A DNA stretch of 64,000 nucleotides from Nemertoderma westbladi (taxonomy: Eukaryota; Animalia; Xenacoelomorpha): assembly GCA_032718475.1 (NCBI GenBank), contig JAUCBJ010009104.1, positions 9,383 through 73,382 on the forward strand. The letters run 5' to 3'. The notes beneath the pieces are model-generated. The model saw only the letters and a list, made by a program, of their open reading frames with translations, was not told where the DNA came from and did not search any database. Below, one piece after another: positions 47,101-60,290 of this stretch (positions are counted from its first letter, which is position 1; every line of letters begins with the position of its first letter). Position numbers and translations under genes: made by a program.

Positions 47101-48890
47101 GTTTCACTAAAAGTTCCAACTAGTGGTCCAGATAACACATACCTAGTTTCGTAAAATTTTATAGCGAAGTCTATGTACAAATGAATAATTTTCGTATAAA
47201 AACATCTGTTTTCAGCGGTTGTCAAGGTAACTGCAAAATAGAACAATCAAATTCGGACGCAGAATAATTTATATAGTGGGGGTAGGGATTGGTCCCAAGT
47301 CATCACACCTTAACCTTAGGCTTCAAATTAACATTTTAAAAATTTTAACATCTGTTTAGCCTGGTTGCGAAGGTAACTGGATTTTCTATTTAACCTCAAT
47401 CGGCTCTGCTATGGACCTTATAGTTGTGTTGAGAAACCCCAAGTTTATATGTATTATAGTTTTCCTACAAATAGAGTTACAAATATTGACTTGAAATACA
47501 TAGACTTTTTTCTAAGTCCGTTGCCATGGAAACCAGATTTTTCCTGGAGATGAGACCCATCCCACACGACGCGCCTTGATGAGTTGTATATACATGCAAA
47601 ATTTCAGGGTACTTTTAAAGGCTAGTTTTTTCCCCGACCAAAAAAAACCAAATCTGCCTCACACAAGTAAAATAGCCCACTATGAATACACCATCTCAGC
47701 TAAGGAAAATCTTTCTTAGCGAAAGTAGTTGATTTTCCTTAGCTTCGTGGATCAAAATGCATCTGTTTGCAGTGGTTGTCATGGAAACTGAAAAATAGAA
47801 CAATGTAATTCGGATGCAGAATAAGTCATATAGTGGGGGTAGGTGTTGGTCCCAAGTCATAATACTATTAAATTGTGCTTCAAATTATCATTTTATTAAT
47901 TTTAACATTTGTTTACTCTTGTTGCTATGGTAAATGGATTTTCTAATTAACTTCGAACGGCTTGTATATGGACCTTATAGATGAGTTACAAAACCCCAAG
48001 TTTATATATATTACAGTTTTGCTAGAAATAGAGTTATCAATATAGACTTGAATGATATAGAGTTTAATAAACTACAGTTACCATGGTAACTAAATTTCTG
48101 GAATGATTTAAGTTTCACTAAAAGTTCCAACTAGTGGTGCAGATAACACATACCCAGTTTTGTAAAATTTTATCGCGAAGTCTATGTCCAAATGAATAAT
48201 TTTTGTCTTTTATATACTATGAAAACTGAGTATAGATAGCTTCATAAACCGTTTGTTCGAAAAATATGGCACTTTTTGAGCAAGTCGGTTTTTTTCAAAA
48301 ATTCTATAAATTTTGAGGCATTTATATGTAAATTAGCTCATGTTTGAGGATCTGTAATACCACCTGCAATCTGCATTGAATTACAGGACTTTCTGAGAAA
48401 TATAACACACCAAAAGTGTGGGCTTAGTGCAAAGATATAATATTTCTGATCTAGATTTTGACTTGCTGAGAAAGTAATGTTCTTCGATAAGATAACAGTC
48501 TCGGAAATAAGCACTTTTTGTCACTAATTTTAATTTACCCAAATTAAATTATGCTGTCCGAGAGTTTTAGGTTATTGCAGGAATTGCGCCTAAAATGACA
48601 TCGAATGCAAAATTCAATTCACGAGGGCAGAACATCTCAATTTCGGTTAAATTAAATTACAGTAGTGACAAGAAGTTATTTCTGACACGTTTTTTTTTAT
48701 CAACAACTATTTTATCTACACCTAATTTATTCTTTTTGTTTATAATTTTTAATTTTTAACAATTTTTTAGAATTTTGCACTTTCTATCACATATTTAGTG
48801 ATAGAAAGTAGGTGAAAGCTAAGAAAAAATGGCCCGAATTTTCGGCTGGCCCTAAGGCGCCTTATATGCCTTAAGGTTAATCCGGCACCG
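44127..48890. mobile_element. Non-autonomous hAT-type element carrying a Helitron-like repeat cluster
   Basis: TIR CAGTGCCGGATTA / TAATCCGGCACCG (1 mismatch); 8-bp TSD GCTATATC at 44119-44126 and 48891-48898. Confidence 0.88.
44544..48205 (-). mobile_element. Cluster of non-autonomous Helitron-like elements: full copies 44544-45844 and 46485-47751, partial copies 45845-46454 and 47752-48205
   Basis: Minus strand starts A|TC and ends with hairpin GCATTTCCT-TT-AGGAAATGC then CTAG|T (CTCG in the first copy); subterminal inverted repeat CCACGAAGCTAAGGAAAAT; internal diverged tandem repeats with recurring CATGG(A/T)AAC. Confidence 0.8.
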
Positions 48891-49591
48891 GCTATATCAA
48901 TGATATACTTGTTTGCTTACCTCAATGGATGGGTTCTAAGTTTAACTAATTCTTTCTAAGTCCACGAAGGTCAGAACTTCAGGAAGGAACTGCTTAATTC
49001 CTTCTCCTAATCTCCCAGGCACTAATAGCCTATCCTATCTATATATAGGGAGCTATTGTTGATCTATTTATATATTCATGCATATCCTATCTCTGACATC
49101 TTAAGTCTGCTGTTAGAGAAGGATATGATGCAACTTAAGTTTGCATTTTCGATAGCTGGAAAGGTCTTCGAATTAGGGCCTCCTGATTCTGGTTGAGAAG
49201 CCCAAAGATATCACTATACTAGACCTCTAGACTGCTGAATTTATGCATTACCATTTTCAATAGGAATCACCTTGAAGCTGATTGTTTCTGATTAATCATC
49301 TTGAGTAGCTGCAATAACACTACAATTATAATAATTACAAACACTTAAAGCACTAAAAATTTAATTAGATAAGAGTAAGCCATGGATCCATGACAACAAG
49401 CCACTTAGATGTTATGTTATTTGCATGGAATTAAACACCTTGCAGAACGTACTGTGAGTTTTTGTTGGGATAAAGTTAATTATATTTTAATGTATATTTG
49501 AAAGTTTGGAATATCATTGTCCCTAGCAGCATTATACTATCCCTAATAATTAAATCACAAACAGCCAATGATGAGAGTCGAGTATTTTTAA

Positions 49592-50032
49592 GGCCCGTTT
49601 CCGCGCTGCTTTTTTTGAGCTGTATTTCAAGGTTTTTTTAGTTAAAACAATTTCTAGAAATTAATTGCTTCAAGATGAATCTGAGAATTTTGGAATGTTA
49701 AAACCTAAAATATAAAAAAAGTTCCAAAAAAAGCTTATAATAAAGCTTGGAAAAAAGCACAAAAAAAACTTTAAAAACTGCTCAAAAAAAACTGGGTGGA
49801 ATATCATAATTATCTAATTCTAGAACATTCCTATTATATCTTCATTTTAACTGAACGTTAGAAAAGGCATAACAAGCTTGAAAAAAAGCTCAAAAAGGCT
49901 TGAAAAAAAATCTCAATAAAATGCTTGGAAAAAAAGCTCAAAAAAGCTAGAAAATCAGCTCAAAAAAAGCTAGAAAAACAGCTCAAAAATTATCAGAATA
50001 CGGCACATAAAAAAGCAGCGCGTAAACGGGCC
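49592..50032. mobile_element. MITE (Harbinger- or Kolobok-like)
   Basis: TIR GGCCCGTTT(C/A)CGCGCTGCTTTTT flanked by TTAA on both sides; internal AAAAAGCT repeats. Confidence 0.85.
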
Positions 50033-51255
50033 TTAACTCTGATTAAAAAATCTTTTAATTTTTGTTTATAACATTACAAAATAATGAGAAACAATAGAGG
50101 TCACTAGCACTACAAATATTTATTTTTTATAATTCAGTGCTACTCAAAAGTATATCTTTCAGTGTCAAAATATTTATTTATTTGGTAAATAATTAAGAAA
50201 CTATTTGGTTGTTTATATATTGAATATTTTATGCTTTGCACCATATGTTGGTATGCCTTTTTTTTAAACAAAACTATACTACTACAGACTAAAGAGCAAA
50301 TTGTCCATTGTAAATGTTAAAACTGAAATGAATTCAGAAGAAAGTGAAGTTATTTAGCATTCCCGCATTTGTATAACTCCAACTTCAGGGAAGGCTTGCT
50401 TCAGTGAGTTTGGATCGCGAATCTAACAGAAGCCTGATTGGTTGGCAATAATGGACATAATATATTCCTTCATAAAGGCAGCAGGAAGGGAAAGAAAATG
50501 TACCAAGAAAGAATTACAAGTTATATTAGAAAGTAAATTATAAAAATAAATAGAATAGTAATTGAAGTAAAGAAATGGACCTTTGATGATTGCGGAAAAG
50601 AAATTGAATGCGTCCTGGTGAATATGTAATGACCTCAGTTCTTACCCTACGAAAGTCAAACATATCTCACATTCAGTGTTTAATGAATCATTACAAACTC
50701 CTGGTTTCACCTAATTGATTTACATTTACTGAAGGCTTGACTACCTGCACCTGATAACATGTAATGCAATTATTTCTTTAAAGTTCTTGATTTTTTTTAC
50801 AGCACGTGCCTCCTATAAATGCAACAAACATCTGATGACATAATAGTATTGCTTCTATATACCGTAATATTCGAAAACTAATCAAAATTCTAAGCTTCTA
50901 TAGGTTTACATAAATATTTTAGTTAGAAAAAATTCGGCTCCTGTTTTCAATAACGACATAATGATGTTAGCAACGTCAGTTTCATTAAATTTTAATTAAT
51001 TAAATATTATAAATATTAAATTAAATTAAATATTAAATTAATTATAATCTACTCTAATTATATTATATTTCTTTAAATCTTAATTGAAATAAATCATGAG
51101 TGTATCTTTTGAATTGCAGACAGTCAACTGCTCAAGCACTATAAAGTAGTGTGGTACCAAGGTAACAGAGAATGACATGGAATAACCCATTGTTGTAATG
51201 CATGCTTATAAATTTTGCACATAACTGCTGATGCTATTGACGTGCATATTGATTA

Positions 51256-51600
51256 CAGGGATGCCGAGTCGGAGTCTCAGTCATCCGGAGTCCATGATTT
51301 TAGGCCGAGTTGAAGTCCTTAAATAGTTCAAATAAGTATACACATGACTCCGTCCCGAAAATTCATCATTAATTATACCAAAATGATGATTTCTTCTTTC
51401 AAAAATGATCGTATTTATTTGCTGACAATTTACATGAAGTTTAAATTACGCCCTCATTAAGTGAGTCAATAGATTAAGTAATAAATTAAGCCCTCATTTT
51501 GTATAATTTTGATTTGAGAAAGATTTTGGTCTTAGTCGTATGCCTGACGGAGTCTTGTTGTAGTCGAATTAATTTTTTTTACAAAGGAGTCGGAATCGTT
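51256..51600. mobile_element. Possible degraded hAT MITE fragment
   Basis: CAGGGATG start followed by GAGTCGGAGTC repeats, which recur near 51550-51597; no matching right TIR or TSD found. Confidence 0.35.
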
Positions 51601-52024
51601 TGATTTTGTCAGGAACCGTGATTATTTATAAATATAATTATCATATATTATTCTAGGCAAATTTTCTCCAATTATTTCTGCTGTCCAATATAGATTTCTG
51701 CTGTCCTAGATATTATGCAGAAATTCTCTACAATAACTAGAAAGCCAGCAATCTGGCCGGAAGGAGCCCGGGGGAAGAATCCTGGCCAAGACTATTACAA
51801 AGAACTCTGCCAGTTAGCAGTAAGTAAACTAAACAATTGTAAAAACTGTAAGGCGTGAGGCTGGCTGACTTAGTGGCTCGCCCCACATAATAAAAAATGA
51901 AACTTAGCTACCACTAACAAAAATATAATATGAAGCAAATAATTTCATTATCAAGCATGTTTATAAGATATAAGATACGATTACCGAATATTTATAAGAA
52001 ATGCCCATGATGCACAACCAGATA

Positions 52025-52413
52025 CTACTACTAGAATCGTCATGCTGCATTGCAGCTGCATTTTTATGAATGCTGTGCCGCTTATCGACAAAAATTGCAC
52101 CGCCACAACTCCCTATCGCCCATGACATTTGCTAGATCATCCGCATCTTCAAGGCCAGTGTCCTTTAAGATGCGTCTCAAGAAAGTCATGGGCCGTCCAC
52201 CATGCTTATTCACTCCATGAGGCTGCCAAAGTACAAGATTATGCACTGGCTGGTCTTCACGGCGAAAGCAATGTCCTGCAAAGCGGAGGCGATTTTGTTC
52301 TAGTGTCAAGCTTGGGGGAACCAATGAGACACCTCCAATGTTATATAGATATAGCTGGTTGGAGATGTGTGCATTGTACCTGACACAATGAACCCGGCGT
52401 AGCATTCTTGTAC
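52025..52413 (-). mobile_element. 5'-truncated RTE LINE with (TAG)n tail
   Basis: RLRFAGHCFR...; highly similar to 62889-63275; 16-bp TSD GATGCACAAC(C/A)AGATA at 52009-52024 and 52414-52429. Confidence 0.92.
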
Positions 52414-54264
52414 GATGCACAACAAGATAAATAACAACGAATAGAGCCAAATAATAAATTTAGTTTCCTTCTATAGGTATTACCCCGTCGTTAAGCGGAA
52501 TATCTCTTCCCAGTGAGTCGTATGTGAATATATATTATAGATAACCCTACTCCTGCTAAGTTTAGTGGTAGGCCAGCGGGCTCCTTAAATACATACAACT
52601 ATTATAGGTCAACTATAAAACATTTTGCAATCCGCAGTGAATAACAACTGCAATAGGACACAACACACTGCTTTGTGTAACTAAAATTCATTCTCCTGAT
52701 ACACCCCCTAACATAGCAGAGTGAGTAACCTTATTGTAGATATACCCTTAGGAAGCACTGGGAGAGCAATCAGCTTATGGGGTAATACATTAGAAACCCA
52801 CAGCTTATGTGTGAGTAAACATTGCCTTTCCTTATAGCATACTAGTACAACTTGGCAACCAACACGTTTTACTATGACTGTGTATAATTCGGACATATTA
52901 AACCATATTTCATGGTGCACACCAGCTGTTATTTTACCATTGCTTTTAATTTCGCAACAAAATAATGTCAAATACGAGAATATCGAATACCACACAGAAT
53001 CAATCTGAAATTGTAACTGAAAATTGTAACGCGATTATGAACCACGAAAGCAATGTACTTGCAAAATTTCATCAAAATCGCCATGCAGGAAGTGCCTGAA
53101 CCTGGATAATTATCAGTCAGTCAGTGTGATTATTATCAGTCTGATTATTAGTATCATTAATAATTATCAGCCTGAGATTTTTACAGTAAGTATCCCGCTG
53201 TCGAGCGGGCTCCTAACTATATATATTATATATATAAATCAAAATAAGTGATATATTAGCGTGAAGCAAATTATTTTAATGTAGATTATTTTTTAGACCA
53301 TTAAAATAATTATATTTGGAATTGGAACCACCAAATCTGTATGGTGTTCTGTTAACACAGAATGAATGATATCTTATCAAAGAAATAAAAAAATGATCGT
53401 TTCTAAGGAAATTACAGCGAAAACAATGTTTACCTTGTGATTGGTGGTATAAAGTACTTGAAAGGCTTATAATATTAAAATACTTTATATTTGTATCCAC
53501 ACGCTGGTATATTGTTTACCTTATGGTAAGAAATTAAGGAGACAATGACATGGTGATATGTAGTACAATAGCATATATTATAGGTGCCTACTTAGACGTT
53601 TAGGGGTTAAAAGAGTATGGAATAAGAATTTTATTAATAGATACTAAGAATATTATTCATAGGCCGAAAGACAGCAGATTCTAAATCTATCTGACAACAG
53701 ATTTGCTTGCCTAGAAAATGTGCGAATGCAAAGTGCATGCTTTTTAACGTTAGGCACCTTTTCCGTATAACCAATGACGTATCTAGGATTTGGGAATGGA
53801 GAGGGGTCTCTTTACATATTGGAAAAGCCACCTCGGGGTCTTTGGGGTAGAACCTCTGGTGGGAGGGAAAGTATATCTTTTTGGAAAGTATAGCAGATGG
53901 AAGTAAGCAATGTGTACCTGTTGAATATATGAAGCTATATTTAGCCTTTCTCCTAAATATGCCATGGTACCCCATTCATAACATATAGATTTGTATTATT
54001 TATACCAAACCTCCATCCCCTTGGTAATCGCTGATAACACCTTGAATTTTTCTTGGTCAGTATTTTTGGCCAATGAGTGATTATCATCAGCCCACAATTC
54101 ATCGTTTACATGGTAGGTAATCCTAGACTTTTACTTATTTGGTTGTTTGGGAAACTTTTATAGGCCTAGTTTACAAAAAATTCTGGCAATCTCTTTGCTA
54201 TATTTAATTTAAGTTATCGGTGAAAGCGGACATTCTATTAAATCAAGTCTGCTAATTGGTTCAT

Positions 54265-55663
54265 AGGATGATGCTTGGATGTTTGCAACCGGATGCTGAT
54301 AGGGGAAAAGCCACCGCACAATTTGCACTAAAGGTCAACTAAAGCCTCTCCCTAAGAAAGGAGACCTCGGCGTACCAACAAACTATCGTGGGATCTGTTT
54401 GCATGTGGTAGCTGCCAAAATATACCATAAAATGAGTTTATATAGAATTAGACCTCACATAGAGAAACTGATGCGTAAGAGCCAAAACGGATTACGACCA
54501 AATAGATCAACAATAGCTCAGATACTTGCGCTATGGAGACTGAATTATGGGGGAATTAAGTCAACGAATCTCCCCGTTGTCCTGACTTTTGTGGACTTCA
54601 ACCATTCGACTCAATCCATGGACATAAAATGCTGGAAATCCTAAGATAACCTTATGGTTATTATAATACCAGAGGTAATTGTGGCTGGCATTGGATTATT
54701 ATATTGGGACACAGAAGCTCAGGTACTCTCACCAGATGGTGAAAATGAGATCTTCTCAATCCTGGCTGGCGTACTGTAAGGCGACGACACATTGGCGCCA
54801 TTTCTATTTGTAATTGTACTGGATTACGCAAAGAGGACGGCCACAAAGGATGAAGATCTGGGATTCACACTACAAGATCGCACAAGAAGTAGATATCAGG
54901 CAACTACAGTCACAGACACCGACTTTGGGGATGGCATCGCCCTGCTCTCTAATACGTTAGCAGATGCACAGCTTCTACTGAATAAAGTGGAGAGGGCTGC
55001 TAAAGAGGTTGGGTTGCATATAAATGCTACCAAGACCGAAATCATGACTTTTAATGTTTATGAAAACTTGACAACAATTAATCATAATCATCAAAGGAAG
55101 GTTGACGATGGATGGATAGAGAGTATCAAAAAATATATAGAAATTAGGAAAGCAAAGGCATGGGTACCTCTATCAAAAATGGATAACATCTGGAAATCAG
55201 ATCTCTCCAGGCACCTGAAGTCTAAGTTCTTTCGAGCCACAGAGGAAAGTGTACTTTTATTCCGGGATGAGACCTGGCCACTGACGAAATCACTTGTACA
55301 CCGAATTGATGGTTGCTATCCAAGACTACCAAGGGCTGCCCTAAACATCAGCTGGAGATAACACATGACAAACGCCGAGCTCTATGGTACTATACCACAT
55401 GTATGAACCACCCACCATGATGAATGCAGATTAAGATTCAGTGCGCACTGCTGGAGAAGTAAAGACGAGGTCATACCAGATCTATTTTTCTGTAAAGCAA
55501 CTCATGGAAAGCGTAGTCGTGGACGACCGGCCATAACATAGATGAACTTGAAAGGGATACTGAACTTGGGAGAAACGAAATTGCGACAACTATGGAGAAT
55601 GGGGAAGCCTGGAAGGATCCCATTTACACAGTCCGAGTTCGCTCGACCTAGTAGTAGTTGTAG
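54265..55663 (+). mobile_element. Degraded RTE LINE (second family), RT to 3' end
   Basis: PLPKKGDL...NYRGI, QNGLRPNRST, LAPFLFVIVLD, DTDFGDGIALL, KAKAW; ends TAGTAGTAGTTGTAG. Confidence 0.9.
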
Positions 55664-56939
55664 CTCATGCCTTGTAGCCATGAGCAGCAGCATGCATCCG
55701 GAAATTACGATATTACTTACCGGTACGGTATGCCTACCTATTCTCTAAGGAAATGGTTTATATCTTATTATAATCGATGCGCTTGTGCTGACGGCATTTG
55801 CAACACAACTAATTATAATTATGTAGTGTATGTAAATTTTTGTATGAAAATCTGCAGGGATTCAAATCCAATTACGTAAGAACATATGGTGCCTCAATGG
55901 TGGAACTAAGAAATCGTATAATAACGTATCATATAATGTGTGGGCAGTATATCATATATATCTTAAAATAATTACTAAGTGATTGTGAGGAGCCTTACAT
56001 TGAGATAACAGAATAACTGCGTTATTTGCCTCTTGTTTGCGAGAATTATTTATAATTTACCTTGGGCTATAATCACCTTAAGGGGAAGTACTTCCACCTG
56101 AACCGGTTACAAAGGCATTTTAATGTATTGTTAGTATAGTTACTTATAGCACCAATGATTTGGTAGCAAAGTTGCCTAGAACCAACTTTACGTTGCAGGT
56201 TGATTTATATAGCATTAAATCAGAATTACTTACTATTATCCATTTTCTGTGCTTTTTAGTGTTTAGTATTTTTGTTATTTTGTTTCGCACACAATATTTA
56301 TGACAATAATAATAATAATAAAAGGTCCACGAAGTCCGAAAGTGGCCATCAGCGGAACCACTTTTTAACCAGTTCCATTAAGACCTGTATTGTTTTACTT
56401 AGGATGAATTGCCATTCAAACCTAAATCACACTCCTATCCCTTAACCTTCGTCCCATTACGGAACCGACTTCGGCTGGAGGTTCATGAACTCCTCAACCT
56501 ACTGGTTTTATCAGAATTAGTTTTTTCTCTTTTTTAGTGGCCATCCACTAAAAGCACTACCCCAATAACTAACCCATTTGATGACTGTGTGGTTTGGGGT
56601 AGCTACTAGCTAGTAAAATAATGTTACCCTATGTATAACGTGCTATACAGTATATATACGTTCGTGGGGCCTTTTACAGATCTACAGAACGACAGGTTGC
56701 TTAATGATACCCCTACACTAAGGCTCACCGTACTTCGTGGCTCGCCCCACATACACTGCAAAGAAAAGTTTTGAAAGCTATTATTTACTTCTAGTGTATT
56801 TTACGTAGCAATTTATAAGAATACTTTGCAAAACCATTTAAAATCTGAGAACCAGCTATAAATTCACATTTGTAGGTTTTCTGGGGCGCATGATTATATT
56901 GGAAAACATTTCTAATTTGCCAGATCAGTGCTACACGAA

Positions 56940-57192
56940 TTTTCCGTCCAGAGATTTGGTATACTCTCAGCATGGACTCCCATAGAGGAGTACCGGTACT
57001 ATTACTGCCGTAAATAATCGAACCTTAAGGTTCCGTTTTATTCTATGGGACTTAAAAATCCTGGACAAACTATTTAACGCTGCCCATGTCTTCCCCTTAC
57101 GTATCCGAAGGTCTTCTTCACCTGACTTTCTGATCCATGATCCCAAGTCGCAGAAATCATCCACGTGATCAAGCAAGCCGTCCTTAGAAATT
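56940..57192 (-). mobile_element. Internal RTE fragment
   Basis: VDDFCDLGSWIRKSG...VPVLLYGSPC, homologous to ORF 62930-63988. Confidence 0.85.
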
Positions 57193-60095
57193 TATGCTCT
57201 TACGATCAGACATTTCTTAGACGGACTCATTAATACAATGTAATATATCATAGGTGGTTTTGTTCCGTTCCGGATGGCGTTTTATAGTAGAAATACATCC
57301 ACAAACACACCCAGTTCGACTGTTCCACAATACTGTAAGAATGCAGTTAGCGAACCTATATACTTTACAATGGAAACATATTCGCGAATTTCAGACTGAC
57401 TTGAAAATAAATTATAAAATTAGAGAAATTAGTAAAATAAATCTTATTACTAAAATTATAGATCTGATAATGGCATCTTTTAATGACATCAGTAGATGAA
57501 TTCAAACAATCAAAGGCCTTTCATCCATTGTGGTCCTGACATTCAATTACTATGAATGCTCGACTCAATTACCGGTTGCACCTGGTTGGATCACTCCTAC
57601 TGTATTTTTTAATGATAGTTTCCATCCATATTAATTATATCATCCTGCGCATTGTGTCGATGACAATAATTTTATTTATTACGGGTGGGTTTAATTAGGT
57701 TTTATACCCCTTAATATAAATCTTTTCCAGCAAATATCAATTCCAACTATTATGATAATTATCATTATAATATAGTAGGCCTAATTTAATATGATGAGAA
57801 TGGAGGGGATGGGGGGACTTGACGGAAATGTCATTTCGTTGATTTAATATCTCGTCTCAATGTTAAATTATTAATTAAGGGATAGAAACAGGTTACCCTG
57901 GCACGCTATTCTAACCAAAACAATAAACGAAAGTCAATAGAATAGGAGAGGATGCATTTTGATTGCGTCGAAAGCCCCTAAAATTACACAAACATATAGG
58001 TAACGTAACTGCTAATCTACAGGCTGCCAATACACAATAAGACACTGTAATATTATAGAGGTACCGGTACGATACAACTTTAGAAAAAGTTGAAATTGCA
58101 AAATAATTGTTAAATGAATACATTTATTCAGTTGAAACCTTGGTGAAAAAAATTGTAAGTTGTGATGCTGTGATCAGTTGTGATGCTTTTCCATGCACGG
58201 TTGACCTTTGGGAAGACCACACAGGACACGGACTTGTATCACGGACTTATATATCTTGGCAAGTAGAAATCTCTATATTGGCTAATACAGTATGGGATGA
58301 TAAATATGTTCTAAGTTTGACCGAATTGGCATAGAGGAGAGAAGCGATCGAATGTATTATTATTGATAATTATTTATTATTTCGATATTATTTTACACCA
58401 ATCTTAGGCATTTTTTTACACCAATCTTAGGCACTTTTGGGCACCATATTGACTTATCCACGTAACCCCCCCCCCCCCCCCCCATCCCACCCAAACAGCA
58501 TGAGTTGCCTGACCTGTACATTACACGACCCACCATAGATAGTAGAGACCACCTAGACACTGTACTACAAGGTACAACTTAAATAAATTATATTAAAATA
58601 CAAATAATGTGATAGCGATATATAAATTAAAACGACATTTATTTTAGCTGTTAAAAATATTTTAATTAAATTTTAGCAAATTTGTCCAGGAATATAATTC
58701 ATAATAAACCTTTATGGCTGTTGCAAACATTTATATTAATTCAGACATCTTATCTACTCAACAAAACTGGCTACATAAAGTAACAGAGCCGAACTGAAGC
58801 TACTTCACATCACCTGCCCAAACACATAACTGAGGAGGATTAGGAGAAATCTGACTGGCTAGCTAATTTGAGGACTAAATTCACTTTATATATAAATAGA
58901 TTAAGTTTTCCTGATTACATGAGTGTCCTGACATGGCTGTTGCTGGGAGGCTCCTTGCAGGACACCAGACTAGCTAATAAATTGACTGATTCACCTGCTG
59001 CCCATGGGTAGGTTCTGCCTGGGGCCTTGGGAAACAATCCCTACAAATCTCATTTACGACAGGAAGGATTATTTTTCAAGGTGCTTTCCAACTAGAAGAG
59101 CTATTTCTTTACATCCAACTAAAATTTACTGTATACAATGCAATGGGTGTACAATATTAACTCAGCAGGAAATGGTGTTGATACTACAGTAGACCATTAT
59201 TTCATGTTTTCCAATGTGAATTTTGAATGGCATACTATGTTTAACCTAAGATCAGCAATTAAAGCATTAATATGAAATTAATAAGCCCAAAGCTATGTCT
59301 GTCAGACTAGACCATAGACTAGACAAATATAAGACATCATGTCAGTCATTCTAACTTAGCGACCACAACAGCTGAAGCCTGAAGGTCGATTATTTTACCC
59401 TAACGATAATGATTAGGGAATACTTTTGTAGGAAACCAAGTAGATTTCATATAACTAGTCATTCATTAATTTAATTTGTATGTTTGCTTGCTTAGCTTAG
59501 GCCTACATTTTTAAATTTTCTGCAGAAATTTAACTCGGGTAATATTTTTTCATTTTTCGAAAAAGTCAGTGAGGAATGCTATTCCTTTGCATCTGTCCAG
59601 CAGGTCAGGTTGCAGAAAAGTTATATTCAAGTGTATATCGTGCAGTAATGCGTTTCGGAAACCGAACCACTCAGCAAATCACATCCTTCTGATTCCCAGT
59701 TCCTTCTTACACTATAGAGTTATTGTGGATAACAATAGAAGTGGAATTACGAAGCCTTTTAACGTACACAACTTGACTGGAAGTGAATGGCTTTCATCTT
59801 CATTCATTCATAGTGTTCAAATAATATCCTATTTGATACGATTGTCGATTATGAAGTAAAAAGTGCACAGCACAAAAAAACAGACAAATAAGTTTAATAT
59901 AAAGTAATTCTATAGTTACATGGTAATTAGATGGAAGATAAATGCACGGGAATTTCTTCTATCAAACGAATCACGAATATATAATGGCGGGAATTTCAAA
60001 CAAACAAACAAATACAACACAATAACAGACAGTATTTACGGGAAATAAGTTAATAGTTAATAATAGTTAATAGCTAATATTACAAAATTACAAAT

Positions 60096-60290
60096 TTATG
60101 GCCCAGCACCGTCCTCCTGACCAAGGCCGCTACGCCACTTTATGCGCGACCCGCGCACACAGTGCGAAGCACCACGGATAAGGGCGAACTGAACGCGAGT
60201 GCGCATCCAACCCATGACAACACTATATGGTTTCCCCCAGGAACTGTGCAGCTTCTGTGCAATTATGCGCAGAAGCTTGTTGGCCATGCA
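60096..60290 (-). mobile_element. C-terminal fragment of a CRE-like (RLE-type) non-LTR retrotransposon
   Basis: IAQKL...KPYSVVMGWMRTRVQFALIR...CVRGSR resembles the conserved tail after the restriction-like endonuclease of animal CRE elements (recognised from memory). Confidence 0.6.

Noticed and set aside
49160-49235. Minus-strand tRNA/SINE-like segment
   Set aside because: A and B boxes too degenerate to support a call.
56320-56752. Additional small MITE/Helentron-like relics (also ~51860-51890, 52470-53220, 57800-58490)
   Set aside because: Only partial inverted repeats or hairpins; ends and TSDs could not be defined.
58730-59280. Possible host exon or transposase remnant
   Set aside because: Slightly GC-richer, but no sustained ORF or recognisable motif.
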